Below, in pieces: positions 23,632 through 37,909 of a stretch of DNA of 64,000 bases. The position numbers and the translations under genes were made by a program. Position 1 is the first letter of the stretch. Each line of letters opens with the position of its first letter. The stretch spans positions 62,001 to 126,000 of the forward strand of contig NW_026974140.1 of NCBI RefSeq assembly GCF_037042905.1. The letters are read 5' to 3'. The notes under the pieces were generated by a model. It did no database searches, had not been told where the DNA came from, and was given only the letters and a program-made list of their open reading frames with translations. This DNA is from Lytechinus pictus. Its lineage: Eukaryota.

Positions 23632-26600
23632 TTATAGACTGTGATTTTAGCCCCCTTTTCAACATGGTGCGCACATATAAATTGTGCTTTTTTGGCCTAT
23701 TTTTCACCATATAGCTCAGGTGTGCGAACGCTATGCCTACTTTATTGATGTTTCCTGCATTTTGCATGATATCAAATCTTCCAAACAACATATTTTCATC
23801 TTCATTATGTTTCTGCTGATAAATAAATGATTTCGGCAAAGATTGATTGCCCACTGGGCAGTCTATATGCTACGTTTTCAGCCTGGTTTTCAACAACGAA
23901 CATGTATCATGTATGCCTGCATTATTGTAGTCGAGTCGGAAATGGGAGTTCCTGTGCTACATCATAATATATTTTAATCAACATTTTTGTATTGCCTGAA
24001 GTGTCTATTTAATGAATCTTGATGTTCCCTTTGCAAAATCTTGTCATACGTGGTTCAAATCGATATCTTTGGCGGCCCTTTTTTTAACACGTTAAGAGCC
24101 ATTGGCAGCTATAGTTGCCAATAGCCCTCTAGTGCCAATGGCAGCTATAGTTGCCCAAGTAACTTTTTTTGGTTCAACCAATTTTACAGCCAGAAAATTA
24201 ACACCATATTTTTTGTTTTTTATGTTGTTATATTGGCAAGGAATTCACAATGGATTTTGTTATATAAAAAATAGTGGTTTACATAGACATTTTTGAGTAA
24301 AATGGGATTTTTGCATCATTATTTTGAAGAGTTGATTTCGGATATTGCCGCGATCTGAATCAAGATTTCTCCTATAGACACGTGTGATATAAAGGTCTTA
24401 TACTTTGTTTTTTTAGCATTCTCACAAAATTGTATCGTTATAAATATATGAGTAAAAAAGGCTGTCATTTCCAACTCTCATCGCACTGCAATCATCACAC
24501 TCATTATTTATTTATTATTGTTATTATTATTATCATTAGTAGTATTACTATTATCGTAATCGTTATTATTGTTATTGTTATTATTATTATCATTATTCTT
24601 CTCCTTCACCTTCTTATTATTAATGTTATTGCCATCAGAATCATCATCATGATCATTATTATTATTATTCAAAAATAATTGTTGTAATCATATCAATTGC
24701 ATTCCTTCTGCAGCCAAACTCTCTCTTCATAAACTTAAGATCAGGTAAATAACGGTTCATATTCGTTTGTGTTTTTATAGCCCAAACCATAAAAAAAATG
24801 AATGATTGACATTGTTATGCTTATCAATATCATATTCAAACTTGTCACAAAAATGTGAATCGTTCAATATTCTCCTCGAATAAAATAGGAAGAAGCAAAA
24901 AAATAAATGTAATAGTTAAAACGGCCGATAATACCGCTTTATTCGTCTCAAGATTGATTTTTTTTCAAGGTAGATGTTTTTCCTTTGCTAAATCAAACCA
25001 TTGGTCAGAGAAAAAGTAAACGGAGTATATACAGTAATATCAGATGTTTTGAGGAAAAGAAAGAAAGGGATACATTAACAAAACCGATCAGACCGACCTG
25101 TTAGTTGCTGCATCATTGACGTCACTATCAAGGGGATTTTAAAACGACTTTAGAGAGAAGAAATGAAAATGATAACGATGATAACGGGTTGAATATTACA
25201 TTTCTTTATACCACGCATATTATTGTACACTATGTTATCTGAACAAATTATTTCTTTTACCACGGATAGTGCTACGAGCTGGGGAGGCCCTGGGCGGATG
25301 CAGGATTTTTCTGTAGGGGGGCAAATTGTTTTCTCTTTACCTGGGTCACCCATAAGAAATCAATACCGGAACCTTTGAAAGTATTCAAAAGTCAAATCAA
25401 AAGACGCGCGTGAGCCCCGATTTCTATGAACATCCTGTGCTAAATTACTCTCCTAGATAATAGGTCAGGAGGGAGCGCGGATTAGAGATTCCTCATGAAA
25501 GAGAGTCTGGGCATCTATTGTTCATGACTTGGTGGCATGAACAAAAGAATGTAGTCACGTAGAATGTTAACAGGTGGCTACTTTGGTCAGACCAGTAATA
25601 CAGAACAAATAGGCCTATTTTCTTTTTGGAAATTTGTATTGATTTTTTATTTGTAACTGATGTGCATTCCCTCTTCTTTGATTCACGAAAAATAAACTTT
25701 TTTTTTCTTACTTCTGTGCACTTTGCCAAGAACGCCCATATTATTTTGTGGGATTTTATACCCCAAACTTGTAAGTATTGAATCTGTCCGACCCCTCTCT
25801 ATCTATATTTCAATATATCATCTTTAGTTCTTTTATATTTTGTCTCCTTCTGACTGGCAATAACTTTGTTTGTTACACTACGAATAAAAAAAATTACAGA
25901 GTCTTATTTTGAAGACTACACGAATGAAAGGGTACGGTTGGCCGCACTTTGAAGATACATGGCTCGAATATATTATTGCGTGTGTTTGCTTGGGGATCGC
26001 AGCTGTGCTGTGATTGGTCACTTGATCGGCGACAATGCCTTTTTTTGGAACAGGTCGCTTTCTCGTACTTCAGAGGAAATAACTTGAATAGCAAAATAGT
26101 ATTTCATTCAAAAGAGCATTATTTTTCGTTATTTCTGCTTGTTCAATTTTATCAATAGATACGCCATTTGAAAGGATAAACATTGAACTTTCATTTTATC
26201 TTCTTAATTTCTTGGTATCTCTACAATTCCTCAGGTTATTTACTCTTTGAAATGTTCATGATATCATAATTTTCTAGGTTTTATTTATTGAAAAAAAAAT
26301 GATGTAAAATATTACATCTTTTCTCCATTTTTTTAAACGCAAATATGAAAGATAATAACAAGACCATAAAGCCCATGAACCATGCATCATTTCATGTGTA
26401 GAAGGTTTTATTATACAACGTACGGGTAAAGAATTATGACCGTTTTAAAATCAGTCGCTGCTCACATTTCGGTCAATTTAGGATTCCCTCGAATATCCCT
26501 GGCAGTAGAGGGGTATTGGGCCTTGCAGAGTAAGAGTTAAAGAAAAATAATTATTTTCATATTTTTTGCACAGAATGTAACAATGGGACAATCTTAAATG

Positions 26601-28089
26601 AATACGCATTTCACTATAATTCGGATAGCAGAAATCGGTTAAAATCGTTTTTTTTTTATTTTTTTTTTTTTCCGGCTAATATATTTTGAAAAAAAAAATG
26701 AAAATTTATCCCGAAATTGTCATGGTTTTGGTCCAAAATTTGCATGTGCATTAATATCTATCTGCTCAATAATTAACATCAACAACTATTGCAAAATATC
26801 AGCATTCGACACGAAAGAGGATAATACCGAGAATACTGAAACGTGTCATGACAGTATGAATGTCTAAATTTGCTTAGTTAGATGGCAAATACCATGTATT
26901 AATCGATATTGCGATAAGATGACATAAAAGCAACCTCTTTTTGTTATGGGGTGTTGCAAGAAACTTGCCATTGAACGCAAATTGAACGTAACTCCCAAAA
27001 TTGAGCGTCCTCCGATTTAAACGCAAATCTGCAATTATAATAATAATAATAATAATGGTCTTTATTGGTACATCAAAAAACATTCGTTGCAGCCAAAGGC
27101 TGAATTACAAAAGCTAGTACAAGGTAAAAATATGACATATAGATTGACAAAAAACGCAAATATACAAGCAAGGTATATATTATATATGGATTAAAAAAAA
27201 AAAAAACAGCCAGCCAATACACAATAAAGAGTGACCTCCATTCGACCTTGCAAAAGTAGCAAGAAACATAAATGAGTGGCGATATGGAATAAGGTTGATA
27301 ACAAATTAATAAGTACGTGTGGTACGGAAACAGTAAGAACAACAGGAAAAAAGAAATGCCTAACAAATGGCATAGGCATTGAATAGCATTGTGGATTATT
27401 GAGTTATAAAGAGAACGATAAATCGGTGTAATTGAACAAAAAGGCGGTTAACAAGGTCGAATGGAGCACTGAAACATATAATAGATTGTTGGACATGCAT
27501 CAAAGTTGTAGCAAAAGTAAAAATCCGCCCCAGCAAAAAGTCGACCCGAACGAATAGATAACCGAAATAAGCAAGTTACGTTCAATCCTGTTGCAAGAAA
27601 AAGTTGCGTTTGGTTAATTGAACGTAGATCAAGCGCAAGCTTTGCAATTGATTGCAAATCGAACGTAGCTTATGTAAGATTTTGGAGGACGCGCAGAATT
27701 TGCGTTCGATTTACGTTCAATTGATTGTCCATAGGCTTGTGTACTAATTCTGAAAAAAAATATTGTTTTGAAAACTTGTGTAAATTATAGTAGACCGGCC
27801 AAAACGATTTTTTTATACTTTGGACGGCAAAATTTGTTAATGCTTGCTAATGCTTGGCATCCCAGCTAAAAGTCTTGCAAAAATACCCAGAAATAGCATA
27901 CGGCTGGATGTCAAGCGCACGTTTGCGTGAAAGTGTCATTTTTAGCGTAAAATCTGAAAGAATGTAGAAAATCACGCACTTTTATATTTTGACGGAATAT
28001 GTTAAAATGTTTTATTATCTTTGATATACGATTCTTTGTATTTGTTTTTTTCAAAATATAAGTCTCATAAATATAAGTATAAATATAAG

Positions 28090-28690
28090 TCTCAGAATTT
28101 TTTAGGAGTAACTATCGACGACAGGCTGTCATGGAAAGAACATATAGATAACACATGTAAAATAATTTCACGGAATATTGGAATTATAAATAAAGTTAAA
28201 TTCTACTTCCCGACTCGTATATTGTTAAACTTATACTCTACGCTGATACTCCCGCATTTGAACTTTTGTATTATTGCATGGGGGGGGGGGGTTGTGCTGA
28301 TTTTCATTTGAATAGACTTTTACTACTCCAGAAAAAAGCTTTGCGCGTTATTTGTCATTATCGGGCACATACGAATGTTATTTTTAAAACTCATGTTATT
28401 CTTAAGATACATGATCTTTACCATTATAATCTTGGATCTTTTATGTACAACCTTTAATAGTAGAGATGAACTACCAGACGTATTTTATTCTATGTTTAAA
28501 AGAAATATCAATGTTCATCACTACCCTACAAGATCTGCTGGACTTTTCCATTTACCTAGAACGAGGACATTATTAACAAACAAACTGTTCATATCTTCTG
28601 GCATCAAACTTTGGAATTCACTTTCGCAAACTTTACGAAATAAGCCAACTATTCATAGCTTTAATATAGCACTTAAATCTAACTAATAAC
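28090..28690 (+). mobile_element. CR1/L2-type LINE 3' fragment (frameshifted RT C-terminus)
   Basis: FLGVTIDDRLSWKEHI...LYSTLILPHLNFC..AWG, LQKKALRVI, HHYPTR, GIKLWNSL. Confidence 0.8.
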
Positions 28691-31600
28691 TATAACACTC
28701 AAATCATTCATCCTACTTAGGATATCTTGTGGATCTTCTGTTCTTCCGGATTCCCCCTCCCCCGCCTTTATTTCGCTTTTATTCTCGTCTCTGTCTCTTT
28801 TTATTCGATCTACCTGTGCAGATTTGTTTTTTGTTTGTTCTTTTGTTTGCTTTCTTTTACTCGTTTTTTGTCCTTTGTTTTGTTGTTTGTTTATTTCAAT
28901 TTGTCTGTTCTTATACTATTTCGTATGTCATGTTTTTGTATAACTTTTTGTCATGCCTTGTTCTTGTACCGTTCTGTTACGTCCTGTTTTTGTAAAGTTT
29001 TGTTTTCTGTGTCCTTTTCACTTTTTCGTCATATCTTGTAATATAATCCAGCCTTGTTTATCTTTTACTTGGGAGAATATGTAAAAAAATATATTCAACA
29101 AGGATTTACATTCAATTTCTACAAGAAAGATATGACGACTTGTGTATTATATATATTTTGAACTGATATGTATATTTTATATATATATTGAAATTTGTAT
29201 TTATTGCATTAATTTGTCTTATTTATTGAAGGAAACCTTCAATAACAAGCTTTGCTTTTCAGAAGGTTTCTATTTCATTTCATAATGTTATATTATATTT
29301 TGCTTTACTTTGTATCCTCGTTGAAATTTTGGAATGAAATAAATTCGTTATCGATCAATCAATCAATGAATAAACATTTCAAATTTGAATATTACACACA
29401 CATATATGGCACAATGAAACATAAAACCGCGATTTCCTCAAAATAAAAGTTTTTGAAAACTATCAATATTTTGAAGTTTTTTACACAACTTAAATTCTTC
29501 GATTTAAATTCTTTTATCCATCGAATGTATAGTAAATGTCCTAATGCCACAAATATCAAAAGAATTTCCAAATAAGATGGAAGATATCTCATTTCATGTT
29601 ATCCGGAAGGAGACAATGTGTAGTTTACAATGTGCGCATTTCGAATGGAAACTTGAACATACCGTACATTATGTACATAATTACATGTGTAAGTACGCAC
29701 TAATAATTTGTATACTTTGGATAGAAAAATTTACAATTTCTTGGCATCCCAGCTTAAAGCAGATACGAACCAATAGCGCCTTCTCGAGTCATCAACTATT
29801 CATACCTGGCCAGTTTCCTGACCCATAAAGCTAGTGAAGTCTAGTAATATAGACCCACTTGAATTATAACTGCTTAATACATTTATACCGCAGTAGTTAT
29901 AGTAGAACAATCACCCTTCCTCTCAAAACATTTTATTTTCTTTATACAAATACAATTATAGTTCAATTTATTATCTGCAGTATGAGTAGATATCTGAGAA
30001 CGTATATTTTAAGACTATGCATCTATAACACACAGTCAATGAGAGACCACACACAGTTCACTCCCTCCTTTAAAGTCTTGCGGAAATACTAAGGAATAAC
30101 GTCTGGGCGGATGCTTAGTGCACTTTCGCGTGAAAATATAATTTTTAGCGTAAAATCTGAAATAATGTCGAAAATCATGCATTTTGATATTCTGACGGAA
30201 TATGTTAAACTTCACTGAAAACCAAAATTGGTCGCCAGACTAGCTTAAAGTTAGTCCAAATGGTGCCCACCTGGACTAGCTTTAAGTTAGTCTGCTTTGC
30301 TGGACTAGCATGATGGACTAGTTTTGCTTAGTCCATCTAGCTAGACTAGCCTTTCATTAGTCGGTTGACTAGCATGTTCCTAGTCAAGCGACCAGTTTAA
30401 CGTTAGTCATGTAAGCCTGACTAGTTTGATGCTAGTCCAGCGACTAGTTATTGGTTAGTCAAGCGAGCTGGACTAACATATAGCTAGTCACTCGACTAGT
30501 TATTGACTAGTTTTAAGTTGGTCCAAATGGTGCCCACTGGGACTAACTTCAAGCTAGTCTTGCTGCTGGACTAACATGATGTTAGTTCACCAAGCTGGAC
30601 TAGGTTGCTGAACTAACATGTTTCTGCACGTCAAGCTGGACTAGGTTGCATTACTAGCATGACAGACTAACTTGACGGACTAGCCATGAATGATCCAGAA
30701 AACCTAGCTGTGCCTTCAGGCGTTCCGACCACGTTGCAAGACATCGCTAAGTTAAGAAGGAAAATATTTTCGAAGAACAAAATATGAAATCAAGAAAATT
30801 GGTAAATTCATTTACAGCTACAATACAGTTTTATTATCCAGTTATCATATATTTCCAAAACATGAAAAGTAATATCACATCATCAAAATAATGGCATCCA
30901 GATGGGCAAGAGCATATTTTAGACAAATTATTTATCACTAAAGTAGAAAAAAACCCTCCTTGACAGTATTAATCAATGCATTCTTTACAATAAATTGTTT
31001 GCGAATTATTTGGTCACAAGAAAATAATATCAATCTTATCATCTGACTGCAAATGAAATTGAGCTTCCAAACATATATACAAAATTTAACCTATTTACTT
31101 TTCCAAATGAAGATTTTCCTTCTGTAGAGATTTAAACATAACATTATTTTAGGACGTGTAATGCGCACTACATACTATGATTATTTGACGATTTGGTCTT
31201 TTTTTAACAAGGTTATGTAAACCATAATATTCAAATCCTTTCTTTTCAATTTATACAACGAGATTTAAAAAAATCTTTACAAAATATATAACAAAAGAAA
31301 GTAGAAGAAAAGGTACATATCTTAGAATAAATCGTAGATGAAAATAAAAAAAATTAAACGGTAAAAAAAGTAACAGAGGATAGAAATGAATAAAGTATTA
31401 AATACTAAATATTCAAAATCAATTCCCACTCTAGACAGGCCTGAACTTGAAAACATTAGAGAAGCGTTACAAATGTTGCACATTTAAATACACTAAATAA
31501 AATCGGTTACAGCCCGATAGACCGCGGGTCCGATAGACCGCGGGTCCGATAGCCCGCGGGTCCGATAGACCGCGGGTCCGATAGTCCGCGGGTCCGATAG

Positions 31601-32706
31601 ACCGCGGGTCCGATAGACCGCGGGTCCGATAGTCCGCGGGTCCGATAGACCCCGGGTCCGATAGCCCGCGGTGTGTGTAAAATTATGGTCAGGATATAGT
31701 GAGATCCAATGCCATCAAGAGGTCAAAAGGCCAATGATACGAGTCCATTGGGGTTCTATAACGATGACCCAAAGGACAATCGCCCCATGACATCTACTTC
31801 AAGGAAAATATTATCCCCATATTTTATCGTCAGGGACTGTTACCCCCCCCCCCCGGAAATTTACCCTCTAGACGCCATACGGAGCCATCGACTTGACGAC
31901 ATGGCGAGATACTTTATCTTGCCATGTCGACTAAATAATGGCGCGATACGTTATCCTGCCAAGTCAGTCCACTTATAAAAAGTTATATGTCAACATGGCG
32001 AGATATTTTATCTTGCCAAGTCGACTTAATAACATAGCGATATATCGGGATTCTCGCCGGGACTTGTACACTTCATATCTCGCCATGTGGACATATCGAC
32101 TTGACAAGATAGAATATATCGCTATGTCGAAATAATAGGCGTATTAATTACTTAGGCGGCGGAAGCGGGGGGGGGGGGGGGGACCTTTCCTCCTAAATTT
32201 GAGGTGGGGGACGGTCCCCCCCTAGATTTTTAGTTGAGAACCTTTTCTTTTGCTTGTCAATTTGTTTTCTACGTCCCCCCTAAATTAAGGTGGACCCCCC
32301 TAAAATCTTTTTGTCCCCCTAATTTTGGTTCTAACCTTTTTTTTCTTGTCAAAATTTTTTCAAAATTGGTGGTCCTTCCTATAAATTTTGGTTGATTTGC
32401 TTGTCAATTTTTTTACCTGTGTCCATCCCAAAATTTCAGGTGGACCCCCCTAAATATTTTTGCCTTCCGCCGCCAATGATTAATTAAGACATGGCAAGAT
32501 AAAGTACCACGCCATGTCGTTACGTTAATGGCATTTTCAAGGCTCCATACTAGGGGTAATTATCCGGGGTAATTATCTGGAGGGTAAATTTCCGGGGGGG
32601 GGGGGGGGGGGGTAACAGTCCCCGGCGGTAAAAATATGGGGATAATATTTTCCTTGAAGTAGTTGTCAGGGGGTGATTGCCCTAATTGGGTTATTGTTAT
32701 AGAACC

Positions 32707-35700
32707 CAGGCGCGGATCCAGGATTTCGTGGGGAGGGAGGGGGGGGGCAAATTTGACCTGATTTTTGGCGCCCATATGTGTACTTTTCGAAAAAAAAAAA
32801 AAACTTCTAACCAGAGTAGGCCCTACTAGAATATTCTGTGAACGGGAGCTGTAGTTTCTGTACTGTTGTGTTAGAATACCCTTCAATAATATTAATGATA
32901 ACCTCTTGGGAATAATGCAATCTCGAAGCAATCGACTAATTCTCCTCATCAGTGGCGTATTTATTCAGCATGGGTGCACGGGGGGGGGGGTGTTTGGCGA
33001 GGGCACCAAGTTAAAAAAAAATGAAATGGGGGGGGTAGACGTCAAAGAAAATCTTATATTTCATTCTTAAAAACAAATTGAGGTATCTCACAAGGCCTAA
33101 ATAGATAATGAGAACGCGAAGCGCGATCTGATTTTTTAAATAGATTTATCATGTATTATATCCTGAAAGCCTAAGTCAGGGGCGGACCCAGCTTCCGCCA
33201 TTAGGGTGAGGGGCCATTTTTTCACCCATATTTTCCCCGATCGGCCGCTCAAAGTTGATTTTTTTTTTGTTTCCTTGAAGGGGTTGTCACAGTGCCGTAT
33301 AAATGAGCCAACAATTTCGAGGGGGCTCGATATGGTGTATCGCATAAAATTAATCAGAAGTTGCCAGTGAGCGAAGCGAGCAAGCAAATATGCTGACATT
33401 TTTATTACAAAAATACAAGGTTGTGATAGATTTTGACATAATATTTGGAAAATAATATTATATTTCACCCTAATCCCTTTCCTTTTCTCTCTATTTTTTC
33501 TTAGTCTTGATTCTCTCTTTTTTTTTGGGGGGGGGGGGCAAAACACCCATGTCCTAACAGTCATTTCCTAGCTTTACTTTATAAGCAACATAAATGTGTA
33601 ATAATCTCTTAAGCCCTATGTAATCTAAAAATGAAATTTATTGTATTTTGTCCTGAAAATTGAACATTTTGGGCAATGTTTGTGAACCTGAACAGCGTAT
33701 GTAACTAGATAATTACCACGAGCGCGAAGCCGAGCAGAAATGTTAAATATTCGTTCTGGCCTGGTCGAAAAGGGACATGTAAAGGATGTTTTGCAGTTAG
33801 CCATTAAGACGATACATATTTCAACGAATAAATAATGCGAGCGCGAAGCGCGAGCTGAACATTTTTGATATTCCAACCTAAAAAGATGAGATTTCAAATC
33901 CCCCAATGGGACATTCGATTCATGTTTGTCAATCATGAAAAAGGATGGGTAATTTTTGGTATCTTCCTACAATAATAATGCGAGCGCAAAGCGCGAGCAA
34001 ATTTTTTTTGATATTCTGATTCGAAACTGGATAATTTTAGCACGTTTTGAATAAGATCAAGCTTTGTATCCTAAAAACATGCGTGCGCGTGTTTTAGAGT
34101 TAGACAGAATCCTGGCAATCTGAATACATTTCATTTTTCATCATAAAAATCAATAATGCGAGCGCAGAGCCCGAGCTGAAAATAATATTTGAAATTCCGA
34201 TATGAAAAGGGTCAATTTAAGCACTGTTTACAGCACTGTGTATATAGGGAAATTTGATAGCACTATATAGATAATGCGAGCGCGAAGCGCGAGCTGATAT
34301 TTTATTATTCATTTGACCTAGGATCGAGACATTTTAGGCCTAAGGACATTTTGTCATCATATAAGAATGATGACTATCTTCTCTTTCTTTTCCTAAAACT
34401 TGTTGATATTTATTTCTGAAAAAGGGACAATTTAGTTATAATGAATTTATACAAATTTTATTTCATATTTATTAATCTGTTAAGCCTGTGATGTGAGCGC
34501 AAATCGCGATCCGGAATTTTTTAATGGGGGGATTTAAGTAGTTTGTTATAAAATTAATATATAGGTATACATAACTCACCAATCAAAATGCGAGCGCACA
34601 GCGCTAGCTCATAGGCCTTTATTATTTTTTTTTACAATCGAGACACCTGAAAAGGTATATTTAGAGAATCTTATATGAAATATAAAAAGACAATACGTAG
34701 GCCTACTTGGCATATAGTGCGAGCGCACAAAATGTTGCAAATGTTGATTCAAACCATAAAACGGACATTTTCCAGAGCACTTAAAACATAAATTGGTAAA
34801 TAAAACAAAATAATGAAAGATCGATGTCCGAGCTGAATTATGTTTTGTATATTGATATCAAAACTTGATATTTTAAACTACATATCAGCCTATTGAGCAA
34901 GAGATGTATCTCATCGAACAGGCAATGTGAGCGCGATGCGGAGCGAAACTTTAATATAGTGACATCAAATATTTTTTTAAATTGTTTTCCAAGTCTTCTT
35001 CTGACCTTATTTTATTCACTCGTCTTCCACCTTTTATGTTTCGTCTTCTTTTTTCTCCTTTCTTTCCCCTTTTTTTTCTTCCCCCGTTTTTCACAATTTA
35101 TTTGCTCTGTCAACAGGGGGGAGGTTGCCCTCGGGCCGCCTCGATCCGCCTATGTTAGTAATTATTATGATGAACACGATGCATATCTATTAAGAAATGA
35201 ATGCGACCGCGAAGCGCTAGCTGAAAACTTTTATAATGATGAAATGAAAAATACATTTTCAGTTGTCAGGTTAGAATATCAAATATTTTCAGCTTGTGCT
35301 TCTCGTTCGCATAAAAAACTGGAAGGTCGGGATGCGTATAATTATAACTAAACAATTTATTGATGCCAGCGCGAAGCGCGAGCTCAATTTTGTATATACT
35401 GACTTAAGAAGGACTAAGGTATAATTCCTATTCTAATTGCTTGTCCTTTTCTCTTCCTTTTTTCTGTTTCTTACCCCTTTTTGCGCCACCATGGGGGGGG
35501 GGGGCAAAATCTTTGCCCCCTGGATCGACCTATGTATGTTGACTTGAAAAACACTAACACTTACATGTGGGATTGAAGCAGAGGATACATACCTCATTAA
35601 TCAAATATTGCGAGCGCGTAGCGCGAGCTGAATTTGATTATAACCCTTTTTTGTGACCCTGAACAGGGTATCTATCTCGCTAAACAGACTTAAAACTCGA

Positions 35701-36845
35701 AAACGGTTTTTTTTCTGTTATCGTAAAAACGGGATATTTTAATTCAGCCGCATTAATTGAAGTTTTTTGGCAGGACATATATTTCACTATAAACAGGCAA
35801 TGTTGCGTCCCCGGTCGAAAATGAATTTGCATGAAGCCCTCTAAGTTCAAGGTCAATTTGGCGCCCTCGGTTGAACATAAACTTGGCGCCCCCATGTGAA
35901 ATATAACTTTGCCCTCCCTCCCCCTCTCTGAAACATGTATTTGTCGCATTATGGTCAAAATTCAAATTAGCGCTCCCCTAGTTCGAACATCAATTCGGTG
36001 CCCCGCTAGATCGAACATCAATTCGGCGCCCCATAGTTCGAACGTCATTTTGGCGCCATCAAATCGACGTCCAGGTCAACATCTCCCTCTTCCGTTTACC
36101 ATCTCCTTTTCTTTCTTTTTCTTTCTTTTATCCTCATTCCCCTTCCTTCCTTTCTCTTTCTTTCTCTCTTTCTTTCCCCCTCTTCTTTTCCCCCCTTTCT
36201 TCTCTTCCCCCCCATCTTTTCTTTCCCCCTTTTCTTCTCTTTTTGCTGTCTTTTCTTTCCCTCTTTTCCTCTCTCTTTTCTCGTTTTTCCTCTCTTCCCA
36301 CTTACTCTCTCTCTTTTTTCTTCTTCTTTTCCCCCTTTTCCTTACTCCGTTCTTTTCTTTTCTTTCTTTTCCCTCTTCCACTTTTTTTCTCTTTTCCCCT
36401 TCTCCCTTTTTCTTTTTCTTTCCTTCTCCCTTTTTTCTCTTTTAATCTTTTTTCTTCTCTCCCTCCCCTTCCTCCCTCTTTCTCTTTCTTCTCTTCTTTT
36501 CCCCTCTTCCTCTCTCTTTATTTTTTCTTATCTTTCTTTCCATCTTCCTCTCTATTTAAATATTGATTTCTTCTCTTCCTTCCTCTTTTTTTTTCTTCTT
36601 TTTCTTCCTTTTCCTTTCTCCTTTCTTTTCTTCTCTTCCTATTCCCTCCTCTTTTTCCCTCTTCTTTCCCCTTTTCTTCTCCCTTTTTTCTTTGTCTTTC
36701 CTTTCCCCTTTTTCTTCTCTTCCTTTCTCCTTCTTATTTTCTTTTCTATTCTCTTCTTTTCCCATCTTCCCACTCTTTTTTTTTTGAGCTGGGGTGGGGG
36801 GGGGGTGAGGCAGTTCCCCCTCGGCCCTCCATGGATCCGCACCTG
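32707..36845. mobile_element. hAT-like non-autonomous element inserted in the right TIR of the foldback element
   Basis: CAGGCGCGGATCC ... GGATCCGCACCTG; 8-bp TSD ATAGAACC at 32699-32706 and 36846-36853. Confidence 0.8.
36080..36786. repeat. polypyrimidine/polypurine low-complexity tract
   Basis: About 700 bp almost only C and T on the + strand. Confidence 0.9.
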
Positions 36846-37909
36846 ATAGAACCCCATGGCCTCGTATCATTTGACCTTTGGACCTCTCGATGACATTTGA
36901 TATATCTGATCATAATTTTACACACACTGCGGACTATCGGACCCGCGGTCTATCGGACCCGCGGACTATCGGACCCGCGGTCTATCGGACCCGCGGTCTA
37001 TCGGACCCGCGGTCTAACGGACCCGCGGTCTATCGGACCCGCGGTCTATCGGGATGTCCCCATAAAATCATGGCAGAAAAAATTAAATAAAAATGAATTC
37101 GAATAAAAAAATCAAATTAAAGTTTCAAAGTTGTAATTATAATCATTAATTAGATTTCATTCTCGATACAGGGAATATATATATTTTGTTTAATAAAAAT
37201 ATGGCAGTAGGTGAATGTACTCAATAGTTGATATTCAATTGAAGGACTTCAAATATGAAAATATACATGTGAAAACTTAATTATTTTTTGCTGTTTATTT
37301 GTTTACTTTTCTTCGATGTATTTCTGTAAACATGAAGAATGTTGTACATTGCAGTATCAGTATATGTTATTATGCTCCTCATGAAAATATCAAAACAATA
37401 ATTTGGATACAAATTCAAGGTAGAAGGACAAATTTGTGTTTGTACTCGAGTGACAGAATTATGAAAAAAAAATCCATAATACAAATTGATAGTCAGATAA
37501 ATTCCTTTGTGAACAAGGTGATAAAATGTAGATAATACAAATTAGAGAATTTGGTATGTGCATACTGTTGCTGTCCAAATAAATCATAATGCATTATAAA
37601 AGAACTAATATTTTGCTCTGCAATGTCATAACACAAACATTTGCATTTATTGATTACACAATATTTTTTTTTTACAAAAGAAACCTATTCAAACTTAGTC
37701 AATACTCAGAATCATAACATACATGGCGTCTGATTATTAAAGAAAATACTATTTAGATTTGAAATTGAGAAAACATTTTATAATATACAGATTTAAGACA
37801 AATCTGACATTGTTATGGAACAAACCATAACCAAAATTATTAGGACACTCGAGTGTTGATTCCTAGATTTCAGCAATAAATAATTGACACAGATAGATAT
37901 AGAGTCTTA

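Larger units (their letters stand above)
31505..37061. mobile_element. Foldback/MULE-like element with minisatellite-containing TIRs
   Basis: Inverted arrays of the 16-mer GATAGACCGCGGGTCC at 31513-31672 and 36928-37052; TSD ATAAAATC at 31497-31504 and 37062-37069. Confidence 0.8.

Noticed and set aside
24430..24678. Ile-rich ORF resembling a membrane protein
   Set aside because: Translation of an (ATT)n microsatellite within the inverted arm
31513..31672. Regular short repeats resembling a CRISPR array (also 36928-37052, 46868-47115, 7338-7559)
   Set aside because: Head-to-tail repeats with no unique spacers, no cas genes and a eukaryotic context; they are TE subterminal arrays
35909..36870. 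Several 70-180-aa ORFs
   Set aside because: Translations of the CT-rich low-complexity tract
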